Origin: Candidatus Eremiobacteria bacterium | Lineage (GTDB): Bacteria; Vulcanimicrobiota; Vulcanimicrobiia; Vulcanimicrobiales; Vulcanimicrobiaceae | Length of the DNA stretch: 64,000 bases | NCBI GenBank assembly: GCA_963758295.1 | Contig: CAVWUU010000004.1 | Coordinates: 800,001 to 864,000 of the forward strand | Direction of reading: 5' to 3' | In this document: piece after piece, positions 45,809-55,585 of the stretch | How the letters are laid out: every line of letters starts with the position of its first letter | How positions within the stretch are numbered: the stretch's first letter is position 1 | Made by a program: the position numbers and the translations under genes | Notes under the pieces: model-generated | Databases searched by the model: none | The model's input: only the letters and a program-made list of their open reading frames with translations | What the model was told of the DNA's origin: nothing

Positions 45809-48646
45809 GTGGAAAACCAGCTCAAACAACTGCTCGACGACGGCCAAAGCGTATGGCTGGACAATTTGCGCCGTAGCATGTTCGCCTCCGGCGAGTTAAA
45901 GCGGCTGATCGATCAAGGCTTGCGCGGAATGACAAGCAACCCGTCGATATTCGAAAAAGCGATCGGTACGGGCGACGATTACGACGAACAGCTCCGGTCC
46001 CTGATCGACGAAGGCATGGGCGCAGATGACCTGTTCTGGGAGCTCGCCGTTCGCGACATCCAAAGTGCTTGCGACGCCTTCAAAGGAGTCTATGACTCCT
46101 CGGGCGGCAACGACGGGTTCGTCAGTTTAGAAGTTTCGCCGCTGCTCGCAAACGACACCGATGGAACGATCGCGATGGCGAAAGAGCTGTGGCAGCGCGT
46201 CGATCGTCCAAACTTGATGGTGAAAATCCCCGGTACGAACGCCGGCGTCCCCGCCATCGAAGAATGCATCTACGCGGGCCTCAACATCAACGTTACGCTC
46301 GTCTTTTCCATCGAAATGTACGAAAAAACGGCGCGTGCGTACACGAAGGGCTTGGAGCGGCGCATCGCCGAGGGCAAACCCGTCGATCGCATTCGTTCCG
46401 TCAATTCCGTGTTCGTGAGCCGTATCGACAGCGCGGTCGACAAGCTAATCCAAGCGCGCATCGATAAAGGCGAAACGCTGGAGCAGTTGCTGGGCAAAGC
46501 CGGCGTTGCGAATCTGAAGCTGACGTATCAGAAATTCCGCGAGCTCTTCCAGGGCGGTGAATTCTCGAAGGCTCGCAACGCGGGCGCTTCGGTTCAGCGC
46601 CCCCTATGGGCCAGCACGTCGACGAAAAATCCGGCGTATCCCGATCTGATGTACGTGGAGACCGTCGTCGGCCGCGACACCGTAAATACCATGCCGCCCG
46701 CGACGCTGGACGCGCTGATGGATCACGGCAAAGTAGTGCCCGACACCGTGGAGCAAGGCGTGGACGAGGCGCGCGATCTCATGAAGGCGCTCCAGGACGC
46801 CGGCATCTCTTTCTTCGAGATAACGCATCAGCTGCAACTTGAGGGCGTCAAACTTTTCGCCGATTCGTGGGGCGCGCTGCTTGGGGCGATCGTCTACAAA
46901 CAGAAACAGCTCGCATCGGGCGCGGAGCGAATCGCGATGCACCTCGGCAAACATCAGGACGCGTACGAGCAGGCACTGGACAAACTTGCCAAAGCCGATT
47001 TCTTGAAGAAGCTCTGGGCTAAGGATCCATCGCCGTGGTCCAGCGATCCGCAGGCCGCCGACATCATCAAACACGCGTTGGGCTGGCTGACGATTCCGCA
47101 GCAGATGCTCGAAGAAGTGAACGACCTGAACGCTTGCGCGCTGGAAATTGCGCGGGAGTTCGAGCATGTCGTTGTCCTCGGCATGGGCGGAAGTTCCCTC
47201 GCACCCGACATACTGGCCGAGACGTTCGGGCAGGTCGACGATTTCCCGAAACTCCACGTTCTCGATTCTACCGACCCGCAACAGATTCAGGAACTCGACG
47301 AAGCAATCGACATCGATCGGACGCTCTTCATCGTTGCGAGCAAGAGCGGCACGACGACCGAACCCAACGCGTACTTTGCGTACTACTACGAGAAAGTCGC
47401 GAAACGAGTCGGCTCGGTGAAAGCGGGTTCCCAATTCGTCGCCATCACCGACCCGGGGACGAAAATGGTTGACGTAGCGACGGAACACAAATTCCGGCGC
47501 ATTTATAAAAACGATCCGAATATCGGCGGCAGATACTCGGCGCTCTCGTTTTTCGGAATGGTCCCGGCGGCGTTTGCGGGCCTTGACGTGAACCTGCTGC
47601 TCGACCGCGGGCTGGGCGCGATGCATGCCGACGACAAAATCGTCGATCCACACATCGCCCCGGGCGTGCGCTTCGGTGCAGCGATCGGCGGGTTAGCCGT
47701 GAACGGCCGCGACAAACTCACGATTCTTACGCATACGGACGTGGCTGCATTCGGCGCGTGGGCCGAACAGCTGATTGCGGAATCCACCGGCAAACAAGGC
47801 CGCGGCATCATCCCGATCGAGGGCGAAGAACTCGGAAAGCCCGAGGACTACGGCGACGATCGCGTGTTCGTTTACGTCGGAGCGAATCTGCCCGATCCCG
47901 CGCCGGGCGTCGAAGAGAAACTCGCTGCACTGGAAGCGGCGGGGCATCCCGTTATCCGCCTTGCGATGAACGATCAATACGATCTCGGCGAACAATTCTA
48001 TCTTTGGGAGATCGCAACGTCGGCGGCCGGATCGATCCTCGGCATCAACGCGTTTGATCAGCCGAATGTCCAAGAATCTAAGGACAACACGAAAGCGCTG
48101 ATGGAACAGTACCAGCAAACCGGGCGCATGGACGAACCGCAGGCAAACGTCGAAGGGCCGTTGTTCGACATCACGTTCCTTGCCGGAAGCAAGTCGATTC
48201 AGGCAAAGGACACCACCCAGGCGCTGGCGTCTTTGTTCGGTCAAGTGAAGCAGGGCGACTACGTCGCGATCTGCGCGTACATCGCACGCAACGCCGAACA
48301 CGTAAAAATCCTCGACGACTTGCGTCTGCGCATTCGCAATGCGGACGACGTGGCTACGACCGTTGGATTCGGGCCACGCTTCCTCCACTCGACGGGACAG
48401 TTGCATAAAGGCGGTCCCGACAAAGCCGTGATGGTTCAAATAACCGGCGACGAGCCCAACGATCCAGCAGTCCCGGGCATGAACGCCGGCTTCCGAACGC
48501 TTCTTGCGGCACAGGCACTCGGCGACTGGCAGTCGCTCGAGAAGCGCAACCGGCGCGGCGTGCGCATTCACCTCAAAGGAGACATCGACACTGCGTTACG
48601 CGCGCTCATCGGCGCCGTTGACGACGCGCTGACGGCGGGCGTCTAA
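45809..48646 (+). CDS. bifunctional transaldolase/phosphoglucose isomerase
   Basis: GQSVWLD, TSNPSIF, MVKIPGT and QRPLWASTSTKNP (Tal), followed by GMGGSSL, SKSGTTTE, IGGRYSALS, EQLIAESTGK and FDQPNVQESK (PGI). Confidence 0.93.
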   Translation: MENQLKQLLDDGQSVWLDNLRRSMFASGELKRLIDQGLRGMTSNPSIFEKAIGTGDDYDEQLRSLIDEGMGADDLFWELAVRDIQSACDAFKGVYDSSGGNDGFVSLEVSPLLANDTDGTIAMAKELWQRVDRPNLMVKIPGTNAGVPAIEECIYAGLNINVTLVFSIEMYEKTARAYTKGLERRIAEGKPVDRIRSVNSVFVSRIDSAVDKLIQARIDKGETLEQLLGKAGVANLKLTYQKFRELFQGGEFSKARNAGASVQRPLWASTSTKNPAYPDLMYVETVVGRDTVNTMPPATLDALMDHGKVVPDTVEQGVDEARDLMKALQDAGISFFEITHQLQLEGVKLFADSWGALLGAIVYKQKQLASGAERIAMHLGKHQDAYEQALDKLAKADFLKKLWAKDPSPWSSDPQAADIIKHALGWLTIPQQMLEEVNDLNACALEIAREFEHVVVLGMGGSSLAPDILAETFGQVDDFPKLHVLDSTDPQQIQELDEAIDIDRTLFIVASKSGTTTEPNAYFAYYYEKVAKRVGSVKAGSQFVAITDPGTKMVDVATEHKFRRIYKNDPNIGGRYSALSFFGMVPAAFAGLDVNLLLDRGLGAMHADDKIVDPHIAPGVRFGAAIGGLAVNGRDKLTILTHTDVAAFGAWAEQLIAESTGKQGRGIIPIEGEELGKPEDYGDDRVFVYVGANLPDPAPGVEEKLAALEAAGHPVIRLAMNDQYDLGEQFYLWEIATSAAGSILGINAFDQPNVQESKDNTKALMEQYQQTGRMDEPQANVEGPLFDITFLAGSKSIQAKDTTQALASLFGQVKQGDYVAICAYIARNAEHVKILDDLRLRIRNADDVATTVGFGPRFLHSTGQLHKGGPDKAVMVQITGDEPNDPAVPGMNAGFRTLLAAQALGDWQSLEKRNRRGVRIHLKGDIDTALRALIGAVDDALTAGV

Positions 48647-48647
48647 A

Positions 48648-49553
48648 ATGCAGTTAGGCATGGTCGGGCTCGGAAAAATGGGTGCGAACATGACGACGCG
48701 CCTGCTGCAAGGCGGGCACAGCGTCGTCGTTTACGACCGCAGCGCGGACGCGATTCAAGCCTCCGCGGCGGGCGGCGCTTCGCCGTCGAAAAGCCTTAGC
48801 GATCTCGTTGGGCAGCTCAGCTCACCGAAGGTCGTGTGGATCATGGTTCCGTCGGGACGGCCAACCGATGACACCATCGACGAACTGCTCGGAGTTTTGA
48901 AAAACGGCGACGTCATCATCGATGGCGGAAACACCAATTGGCGCGATGGCCTCGCCGCGTACGATCGCTGCAAAGCCAAGGGTGTGCATTTAATCGACGC
49001 CGGCACGTCGGGCGGCGTTTGGGGACTGAAAGAAGGCTACTGTTTGATGGTCGGCGGGGACGACGGCGCCGTGAAACGGTGTGAACCGATCTTTAAAACG
49101 CTCGCTCCGGAAGACGGATACGCGCACGTTGGTCCGGCCGGCGCAGGACACTTTTCGAAGATGGTCCACAATGGAGTCGAGTACGGACTCATGCAAGCCT
49201 ACGGCGAGGGCTTCGAAATTCTGGAGAAGTCGCAATTCGATTTCGACTTGACGCAGATTGCCAATCTTTGGCGTCACGGCAGCGTCGTCCGTTCGTGGCT
49301 GCTGGATCTCGCCGCGCTTGCCTTCGAAGCCGACCCGGGATTGAAGAGCATCCGTGGCTACGTGGAAGATACCGGCGAAGGGCGATGGACGGTGCAGGCG
49401 GCGATCGACGAAAACGTTCCCGCTCCCGTTATCACGCTTTCGCTTCTCGCGCGCTTCACTTCGCGGCAAGACGAATCGTTTAGCGCCAAAGTTACCGCCG
49501 CGCTGCGAAACCAATTCGGCGGTCACGCCGTAAAATCGGAGCCTCATGGCTGA
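48648..49553 (+). CDS. gnd: decarboxylating 6-phosphogluconate dehydrogenase (short form)
   Basis: GLGKMG, IDGGN, GTSGGVWG, KMVHNGVEYG, ALRNQFGGH. Confidence 0.95.
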   Translation: MQLGMVGLGKMGANMTTRLLQGGHSVVVYDRSADAIQASAAGGASPSKSLSDLVGQLSSPKVVWIMVPSGRPTDDTIDELLGVLKNGDVIIDGGNTNWRDGLAAYDRCKAKGVHLIDAGTSGGVWGLKEGYCLMVGGDDGAVKRCEPIFKTLAPEDGYAHVGPAGAGHFSKMVHNGVEYGLMQAYGEGFEILEKSQFDFDLTQIANLWRHGSVVRSWLLDLAALAFEADPGLKSIRGYVEDTGEGRWTVQAAIDENVPAPVITLSLLARFTSRQDESFSAKVTAALRNQFGGHAVKSEPHG

Positions 49554-51102
49554 AAGTACCGCTACCATCGGCGTAGACGGCAAACAAAGCAATCCCCTTC
49601 GCGCTGGGCTGCAATCCGACCGCGTCACCGATCCATGCAGCGTCGTGTTTTTCGGCGCCAGCGGCGATTTGTTCAAGCGAATGCTTCTGCCGGCAATGTA
49701 CGCGTTGCGGCTGGACGGAATTCTTCCGAACGACTTCGCGATCGTCGGCTTCTCCCGGTCGGCTTATACCGACGAAGAATTTCGCGAGTACTGCAAGCAG
49801 CAGCTCGACGAATTTTCACCGGACGAGCGCAACCCGCAAGGCGCCATTTGGGACGATTTCGCAAAACGCATCAGCTACATCAGCGCGGATTTCAACGACA
49901 CGAACTCCTACCTCGCGTTGAAGAAACGGCTGGAAGAAAATGACGACCAGTTGGGGACGAAGGCCAACCGGCTCTTCTACCTCTCGACGCCCCCGTCCGT
50001 CTTTCCGATCATCATCGATCACCTGAAGGCCGCGGACCTCGATCCGCGGACCAACGACCGGGGCTGGTCTCGGGTTATCGTCGAGAAGCCGTTCGGCACC
50101 GATTTGCAATCGGCACGCGCGCTACAGCAAACCGTCGACCGCGTGTTCCGTGAAACGGAAGTCTATCGCATCGACCACTACCTTGGCAAAGAGCCGGTCC
50201 AGGACATCATGGCTCTTCGCTTCGCGAACACGATCTTCGAGCCGGTATGGAATCGCAACTACGTTCAGTCGATTCAAATTACCGCATCAGAGCAGCTTGG
50301 CGTCGAATTGCGCGGCGGCTACTACGATAATGCCGGCGCACTGCGCGACATGATCCAGAACCACGTTATGAATCTGCTTGCACTCGTTGCGATGGAACCG
50401 CCGGCCAACGCCGATGCCGACGCCATCCGCAGCGAGAAGTACAAAGTTTTTTCCTCCATCGTCCCACCGATGCATGCCGATGTTGCGAACATGGCGGTCC
50501 GCGGCCAGTATGGCGCCGGGAGCATCAACGGAAAACCCGTGCCTGCATATCGCGACGAACCCGACGTTGCGAAGAACTCGAACACCGAAACGTACGCCGC
50601 CGTTCGCTTGTACGTCGAGAGTTGGCGATGGGCCGGCGTGCCGTTCTACCTTCGCTCCGGCAAACGGCTTGCTCGCAAGATGTCGGAAATAGCCGTCACG
50701 TTCAAACCGATCCCGCACCGCTTCTACGGCGATGCGAGCGACAAGATCGAACCGAACGCGCTGGTTATCAAAATTCAACCCGACGAAGGCGTGGCGATGC
50801 GCTTCTCCGCAAAAGTTCCGGGACCGAAGAGCCACATCCGAAGCGTTTTCATGGACTTCAACTACGGCAGCGGCTTCGGCGTGCAGTCGCCGCCCGCGTA
50901 CGAACGGCTCATCGCCGATGCGATGCGCGGCGATCAAACGCTGTTTACGCGTTGGGACGCGGTCGAACGCGCCTGGGAAGTCGTAACGCCGATTCTCGAC
51001 GTGTGGCAAAACACGAAAGACTTCACCTTTCCGAACTATGCCGCCGGGACTCAAGGCCCCGAACTCGCAAACCGGCTCTTCCCGGATTGGCGGCCGCTGT
51101 GA
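49546..51102 (+). CDS. zwf: glucose-6-phosphate dehydrogenase
   Basis: GASGDL, EKPFG, YRIDHYLGKE, RDMIQNH, RWAGVPFYLRSGK. Confidence 0.97.
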   Translation: MAESTATIGVDGKQSNPLRAGLQSDRVTDPCSVVFFGASGDLFKRMLLPAMYALRLDGILPNDFAIVGFSRSAYTDEEFREYCKQQLDEFSPDERNPQGAIWDDFAKRISYISADFNDTNSYLALKKRLEENDDQLGTKANRLFYLSTPPSVFPIIIDHLKAADLDPRTNDRGWSRVIVEKPFGTDLQSARALQQTVDRVFRETEVYRIDHYLGKEPVQDIMALRFANTIFEPVWNRNYVQSIQITASEQLGVELRGGYYDNAGALRDMIQNHVMNLLALVAMEPPANADADAIRSEKYKVFSSIVPPMHADVANMAVRGQYGAGSINGKPVPAYRDEPDVAKNSNTETYAAVRLYVESWRWAGVPFYLRSGKRLARKMSEIAVTFKPIPHRFYGDASDKIEPNALVIKIQPDEGVAMRFSAKVPGPKSHIRSVFMDFNYGSGFGVQSPPAYERLIADAMRGDQTLFTRWDAVERAWEVVTPILDVWQNTKDFTFPNYAAGTQGPELANRLFPDWRPL

Positions 51103-52076
51103 GCCTGGACGTTCACCCGTTGCTCGACGAGCTGCAGCAAGCGCGTCAGGCCAACGAGCCCAATGCGGCGACGATGACGTTCCTCGTTTACTTCGACGAG
51201 CCGTCGATCGCATCGTGGATTCGGGAACGCACGCGGCTTATCGTCGACAAACATCCCTCCCGCGTTGTTGTCTTCGACGGCTCGCAAGGCTCCGGCGCGG
51301 GGCACATCGAGACCGGCGTTCCACGCGGAGAATGGATCGAGCTGGGTGTTCGCGGCGCAAATTCCGCCGAACTTTCCGCCGCGCTTTCCGAGCTTTCGCT
51401 TTCGGAAGCGCCGATCGTCATGGCCTGGATCGCCTCACGCATCGCTCACGACGACCGTTTCGCTACGTTAGCGCGCCGGGTTCAGGCGGCTATCTGCAAC
51501 AGCTCGGTGCTTGAAACGGGATCGCAGCCGCAGCGCGACCTCATTCGCTTCGTGGAAGCTCATCCGGAGATCCGGGTGCAAGACCTCGCGTATCTTCGCC
51601 TTTCCGGCTGGCAAGATATCATTGCCGATTTCTTCGACAAACGCGAAGCGATGGACGAACTTTTCCAACTTCGCAGCGTCGAAATCACCGCCGGCTCCGA
51701 AGCTGAAGCCTATTACCTTTTGGGATGGCTTGCCAGCCGTCTCGAGTGGAAGCCCTGCGGCCGCAACGAAATGTGCAATCGCGATGGAGCGGTCATTTCG
51801 TTCAAGATCAATCGCGAAGGACCGCCGCGCCGGCTTCAGCGCGTAGTGTTGCGCAGCGAACACACCACCTTCTCGGGTGAAGTTTTCGAAGAAGACCCGA
51901 ACGCCGTTTGCCTAGAGGCAACGGGCGCGGCGCCGCAAGAGCGCCGGTGTGCTCCGGTCTTTGGTCTGGAGGTCGCTTCGCTCGTGGAACGCGCGATTCT
52001 GCAGAACTCGCCCGACCTTGTGTTTTTGGAAACGATCGAGATGACTAGGCAGATCATCGATTTACAGGAAGAGTAA
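51099..52076 (+). CDS. opcA: G6PD assembly/activator protein OpcA
   Basis: GTGA overlap with the zwf stop; HPSRVV, DLAYLRLSGWQ and LGWLASRLEW motifs; lies between zwf and pgl. Confidence 0.8.
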   Translation: MSLDVHPLLDELQQARQANEPNAATMTFLVYFDEPSIASWIRERTRLIVDKHPSRVVVFDGSQGSGAGHIETGVPRGEWIELGVRGANSAELSAALSELSLSEAPIVMAWIASRIAHDDRFATLARRVQAAICNSSVLETGSQPQRDLIRFVEAHPEIRVQDLAYLRLSGWQDIIADFFDKREAMDELFQLRSVEITAGSEAEAYYLLGWLASRLEWKPCGRNEMCNRDGAVISFKINREGPPRRLQRVVLRSEHTTFSGEVFEEDPNAVCLEATGAAPQERRCAPVFGLEVASLVERAILQNSPDLVFLETIEMTRQIIDLQEE

Positions 52077-52077
52077 C

Positions 52078-52812
52078 ATGTCTTCCGAGGTTCGCGTATA
52101 TCCCGACGCCGCCGCGGTCGCTCACGCGCTGGCTGAGCTTTTCGTGGAAAGCGCCAAAGACGCAGTCGCCAAACGCGGGATGTTTTCGGTTGCGCTGGCG
52201 GGCGGTACGACGCCGAAAGCGGCATATCAACTTCTTGGAGCGCCACCGCTCTCCAATGCGCTCGACTGGAGCAAAGTTCAAGTCTTTTTCGGCGACGAAC
52301 GGTGCGTGCCGCCCGAAGACGACCGCTCCAATTACAAGATGGCGCACGGAGCGTTTCTGGAACCGGCCGGCATTCCGGCGGCAAACGTTCATCGCATGCG
52401 CGGCGAGGAAGATCCGGAAACGGCCGCGGCCCAGTATCGGCAAGAGCTTCTTGACGTCTTGGGCGAGCGTCCTCGCTTCGATTTGGTCATGCTGGGGATG
52501 GGCAACGACGGGCACACCGCATCGCTCTTTCCCGGTGCCGATCCGCTTACGGCCGACGACAAGCTCGTACGCGCGGTCTATTCCGAATCGCAGAAGCAAT
52601 GGCGCGTGACGCTTACACCGAGGGCGATCAACGCGGCGCGGCGCGTCGTCTTTGCCGTCGAAGGCGCGGCCAAGGCGCAAACGCTTGCGCTTGTCCGTGA
52701 AGGACCGCGCAATCCTACGCAGTTCCCGTCGCAAATCGTTTCGCCCGACCAGGGCGCGCTTATTTGGCTTGTCGATCGAGCCGCAGCCGGCGGTTCGGAT
52801 AGTCTATCGTAA
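52078..52812 (+). CDS. pgl: 6-phosphogluconolactonase
   Basis: LAGGTTP, FFGDERCVPP, SNY, LGMGNDGHTASLFP, RVTLT. Confidence 0.95.
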   Translation: MSSEVRVYPDAAAVAHALAELFVESAKDAVAKRGMFSVALAGGTTPKAAYQLLGAPPLSNALDWSKVQVFFGDERCVPPEDDRSNYKMAHGAFLEPAGIPAANVHRMRGEEDPETAAAQYRQELLDVLGERPRFDLVMLGMGNDGHTASLFPGADPLTADDKLVRAVYSESQKQWRVTLTPRAINAARRVVFAVEGAAKAQTLALVREGPRNPTQFPSQIVSPDQGALIWLVDRAAAGGSDSLS

Positions 52813-53650
52813 CGACGCAGTCCGCATACGCGTTCGCACCGAGTTTTCCGCCCGCAGTTCCGCCTGCGAAGACGTCGTCACCAGGACGCGTTGTGAACGC
52901 TACGGCGCCGGTCTCATAGGCGCCGATTCGCACCTGCGGCACGACGATGCGATCGCAGCCGGCTGTCGACGACACTTCACGACTGACTTTCCACGAGGGG
53001 TGCAGCCTGCGCCAACGTTCTAACGTGGCGCGGGGGACGAAGCTCGTAGCTTGCACTTCGGGACCGCCCGCGGTCCACTGCGGGGCGTATGCAACCGACG
53101 CCGCGATATCGAACTCCATCGTCACCGGGTCGTCGCCCACGACAGCCAATACTTGCGGAACACCGTCCTGGCTCATCGTCAATTCGATGCTTGCAGCGTT
53201 AGAATCGAGGCCCACGGCACGCATACGCACGGCTTTGCCCGGATAGTCGAGACGCCAGACGCGGTCGGAGAACCACGTCGTGCCTAACTGCGCGTCGAGC
53301 CCGCGCAGGATTGGATCGCGCTTATCCTGATCGCTGCGCTCGAACACGGCCAGTTCGCCGCGTTCCGCGCGCACGGGCGGGATGTTGTGTCCGGCTCGAA
53401 ACGGCGGCAACACGGCGCGCCGCTTGCCGTTGTCACGTCTGAACGGCAGCCCGAACTTCTCAATTGCCGAATCCAAGATGAAGCCGTCGCCGCTGGTATC
53501 GAGCCAGCACGAAAACACGTTGCCGTCCAGCGCTTGAGGCACGGCAAAGAAGCGGCCGCCTCTCAGCTCGACCGGGATGTCCACGTCGCCGGTTGCGGCA
53601 CCTATAAGCGGCGCCGCCCCGAGCAAAAGCAAGAAGGTCTGCCGGTTCAC
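52760..53650 (-). CDS. secreted hypothetical protein, possibly double retropepsin-like aspartyl protease fold
   Basis: Signal-like N-terminus NRQTFLLLLGAAPLIGAA, WLDTSG and FDIAAS motifs, LG...LDY and LG...IDY repeats. The 3' end overlaps pgl convergently. Confidence 0.6.
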   Translation of the reverse strand: MNRQTFLLLLGAAPLIGAATGDVDIPVELRGGRFFAVPQALDGNVFSCWLDTSGDGFILDSAIEKFGLPFRRDNGKRRAVLPPFRAGHNIPPVRAERGELAVFERSDQDKRDPILRGLDAQLGTTWFSDRVWRLDYPGKAVRMRAVGLDSNAASIELTMSQDGVPQVLAVVGDDPVTMEFDIAASVAYAPQWTAGGPEVQATSFVPRATLERWRRLHPSWKVSREVSSTAGCDRIVVPQVRIGAYETGAVAFTTRPGDDVFAGGTAGGKLGANAYADCVVTIDYPNRRLRLDRQAK

Positions 53651-53678
53651 CCATTCATCATAGCGCCGGCTTTGCGAC

Positions 53679-53708
53679 AAAAAAAGAGCCGCCCGTTTTG
53701 GGCGGCTC
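53679..53708 (-). terminator. rho-independent terminator of the efflux operon
   Basis: Minus strand GAGCCGCCC-AAAAC-GGGCGGCTC-TTTTTTT. Confidence 0.85.
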
Positions 53709-53715
53709 GAGAACA

Positions 53716-53847
53716 CTATGCGGGCAACGAAGGCCGGCGGTTCCAGCGTTCGAGTTCCCGGCGATAGAGCATCGCACTGCGTTGCTGAAGTTTGCGGTAC
53801 GTCGACTCGCTTAATTTTAATCGCTTGTTATTCGAGGTGATCGTCAT
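53716..53847 (-). CDS. putative 43-aa small basic protein
   Basis: MTITSNNKRLKLSESTYRKLQQRSAMLYRRELERWNRRPSLPA*. The ATG overlaps the TolC stop (ATGA) and the stop lies 7 nt before the terminator. Confidence 0.45.
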   Translation of the reverse strand: MTITSNNKRLKLSESTYRKLQQRSAMLYRRELERWNRRPSLPA

Positions 53848-55577
53848 GGTTTGACGGCTCCTTGGCCGAGTGTATTCAGAGTAACGTTATTTGCACTCAG
53901 AATAGTTCCGTCGACGCGCTGCAATTCGACGACGGCCTTATTGAGATCGGTCTGCGCTTGCAATTCGCGCCCTTCATCTTGAACGAGTTCTACCTGCCGT
54001 TGCGTGACAAGGAACGTCGTCGATTCGCCGTTACGGAACTTGCGCTGTTCGCTTGCGAAAACTTGCTGTGCCGCCTCACGCGCTTTCCGCGCCGCATAAA
54101 GACGCGACGATGCAGCCTGATAGGTTTGAATCGCGTTGCGCACTTCAAACACGATCCGCTGATCGACGCTCGAGCTTTGAATAGCGGCGATGCGTTGCTG
54201 TTCTTGAGCCACGGCCAGATTGGCTTTGGCGGTGTTATTTCCGAGCGGTGCGGTGATTTTAACGCCGGCCTGGTAGGTCGGAAAGCGTCCGATGTTGCCG
54301 TAGGCCTGATTGTACGTGCCGCCCAAGTACGGCGGCGGCGTTGCGGTGCCGAAGATTCCGCCCAGCGGCGGCAATGCGTTTCCGGCAAAGCCGTTCCCCT
54401 GGTAGTTCAGTTGCAGATCGACTTGCGGTTTCAGCTGATTCTGCGCGTAGGCGGCATTGAGGTCGGCTTGCTGCCGTTGCGCCGCTGCTTGACGAAGTTC
54501 CGGACGATTCGCCATCGCATTCGTCAGCACGGTCGCGAGCGGCGGAACGTTCGGCACTTGCTGCACCGAAGATGTCGGAACGAGATTAGCCTCCCAAACC
54601 GGATCGGCCGGATCGCCGACAACTAAACTCTTCAGCTGATTTTGCAGCGACGACACGCTCTGCAGGCCCGAGTATACGGCATCTTGATAGGTGGCAACCT
54701 GCGTCGACGATTCCACTGCGTCGATCGGGGCCGCGGCGCCGCGCTTCGCAAGCCGAACGTTACTTTGCTGCTGGAGGATTGCCTGATGCAGCGCATCCTC
54801 TTGAATGGCTACGTTGCGCCACGCGGCAACGAGATCCCAGTACGTATTGGAAACGGCAGCGATCGTCGACGACGCGGTCACGAAGGTTTGTGCCGAAGAG
54901 CCGGCGGCATTGATCGATGCGAGCCGCAATTGCCGCAGCACCTCGTTCCCCGGTCCGAAGCCCTTGAGCAACGGCTGCGTTACCGCGACATTTAGCGTTG
55001 CGGCGTAGTACGGATTAAATGCGTTAATGGCCGTATTGTTGTCGGTACGCGACTGTAAGATGCTTACTTGATACTGGCCGCCGCTGTGCGTCACTCCGGT
55101 TACGCCAACCTGAAGCGATTGCTGGTTTTGGACGATTGGCCCGAAGTGCGGTCCTGAGAAGAACGCGTTCTCCGGCGCCGTGCTGCTATGTTCGAGCGAC
55201 GGTTCGATGAGAAAGTTCACGTCGTACGCACCCTTGGCGGCGCGGATTTGATACGCCGCGATGCGCGTGTTGCCGGCGGCAACGGCGAGATCCGGGTTTT
55301 TCGCCAGCGCCATACCGATCGCGTCGTTCAGCGATATGCCGACAAACGGCTGTTGCGTGACGCCGACGACGTTGGCGGAAGTCGGCGCAACATTCGGCGC
55401 GGAGTAGCCGGGTGCGACGGTCGGCGTTACCGGAACGACCGGAGAGGGTTCGGGCGTGGGAATCGATGCGGCGGCCTTCGGCGACGGCCGCGGCGCCGGA
55501 GCGGCCGGCGCGGCGAGCGGCACCGCCGTAACGAACGTCGCCAGCACGGCTAGCGATGAGAGCGTATTTTTCTTCAC
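53844..55577 (-). CDS. TolC family outer-membrane efflux protein
   Basis: Signal peptide, ISLNDAIGMALAKNPDL, VTQPLLKG, AMANRPEL, RKFRNGESTTFLV; last large gene of the EmrAB cluster. Confidence 0.9.
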   Translation of the reverse strand: MKKNTLSSLAVLATFVTAVPLAAPAAPAPRPSPKAAASIPTPEPSPVVPVTPTVAPGYSAPNVAPTSANVVGVTQQPFVGISLNDAIGMALAKNPDLAVAAGNTRIAAYQIRAAKGAYDVNFLIEPSLEHSSTAPENAFFSGPHFGPIVQNQQSLQVGVTGVTHSGGQYQVSILQSRTDNNTAINAFNPYYAATLNVAVTQPLLKGFGPGNEVLRQLRLASINAAGSSAQTFVTASSTIAAVSNTYWDLVAAWRNVAIQEDALHQAILQQQSNVRLAKRGAAAPIDAVESSTQVATYQDAVYSGLQSVSSLQNQLKSLVVGDPADPVWEANLVPTSSVQQVPNVPPLATVLTNAMANRPELRQAAAQRQQADLNAAYAQNQLKPQVDLQLNYQGNGFAGNALPPLGGIFGTATPPPYLGGTYNQAYGNIGRFPTYQAGVKITAPLGNNTAKANLAVAQEQQRIAAIQSSSVDQRIVFEVRNAIQTYQAASSRLYAARKAREAAQQVFASEQRKFRNGESTTFLVTQRQVELVQDEGRELQAQTDLNKAVVELQRVDGTILSANNVTLNTLGQGAVKP

Positions 55578-55585
55578 CTGTTCTC

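Noticed and set aside
46604..47653. Long antisense ORFs (also 50287-51213, 47693-48571, 24479-25348 and similar)
   Set aside because: Shadow frames of well-supported genes, expected at this GC content; no motifs.
50622..51098. N-terminal extension of the 484-aa ORF
   Set aside because: Overlaps zwf in another frame; the real opcA start is the GTGA overlap at 51099.
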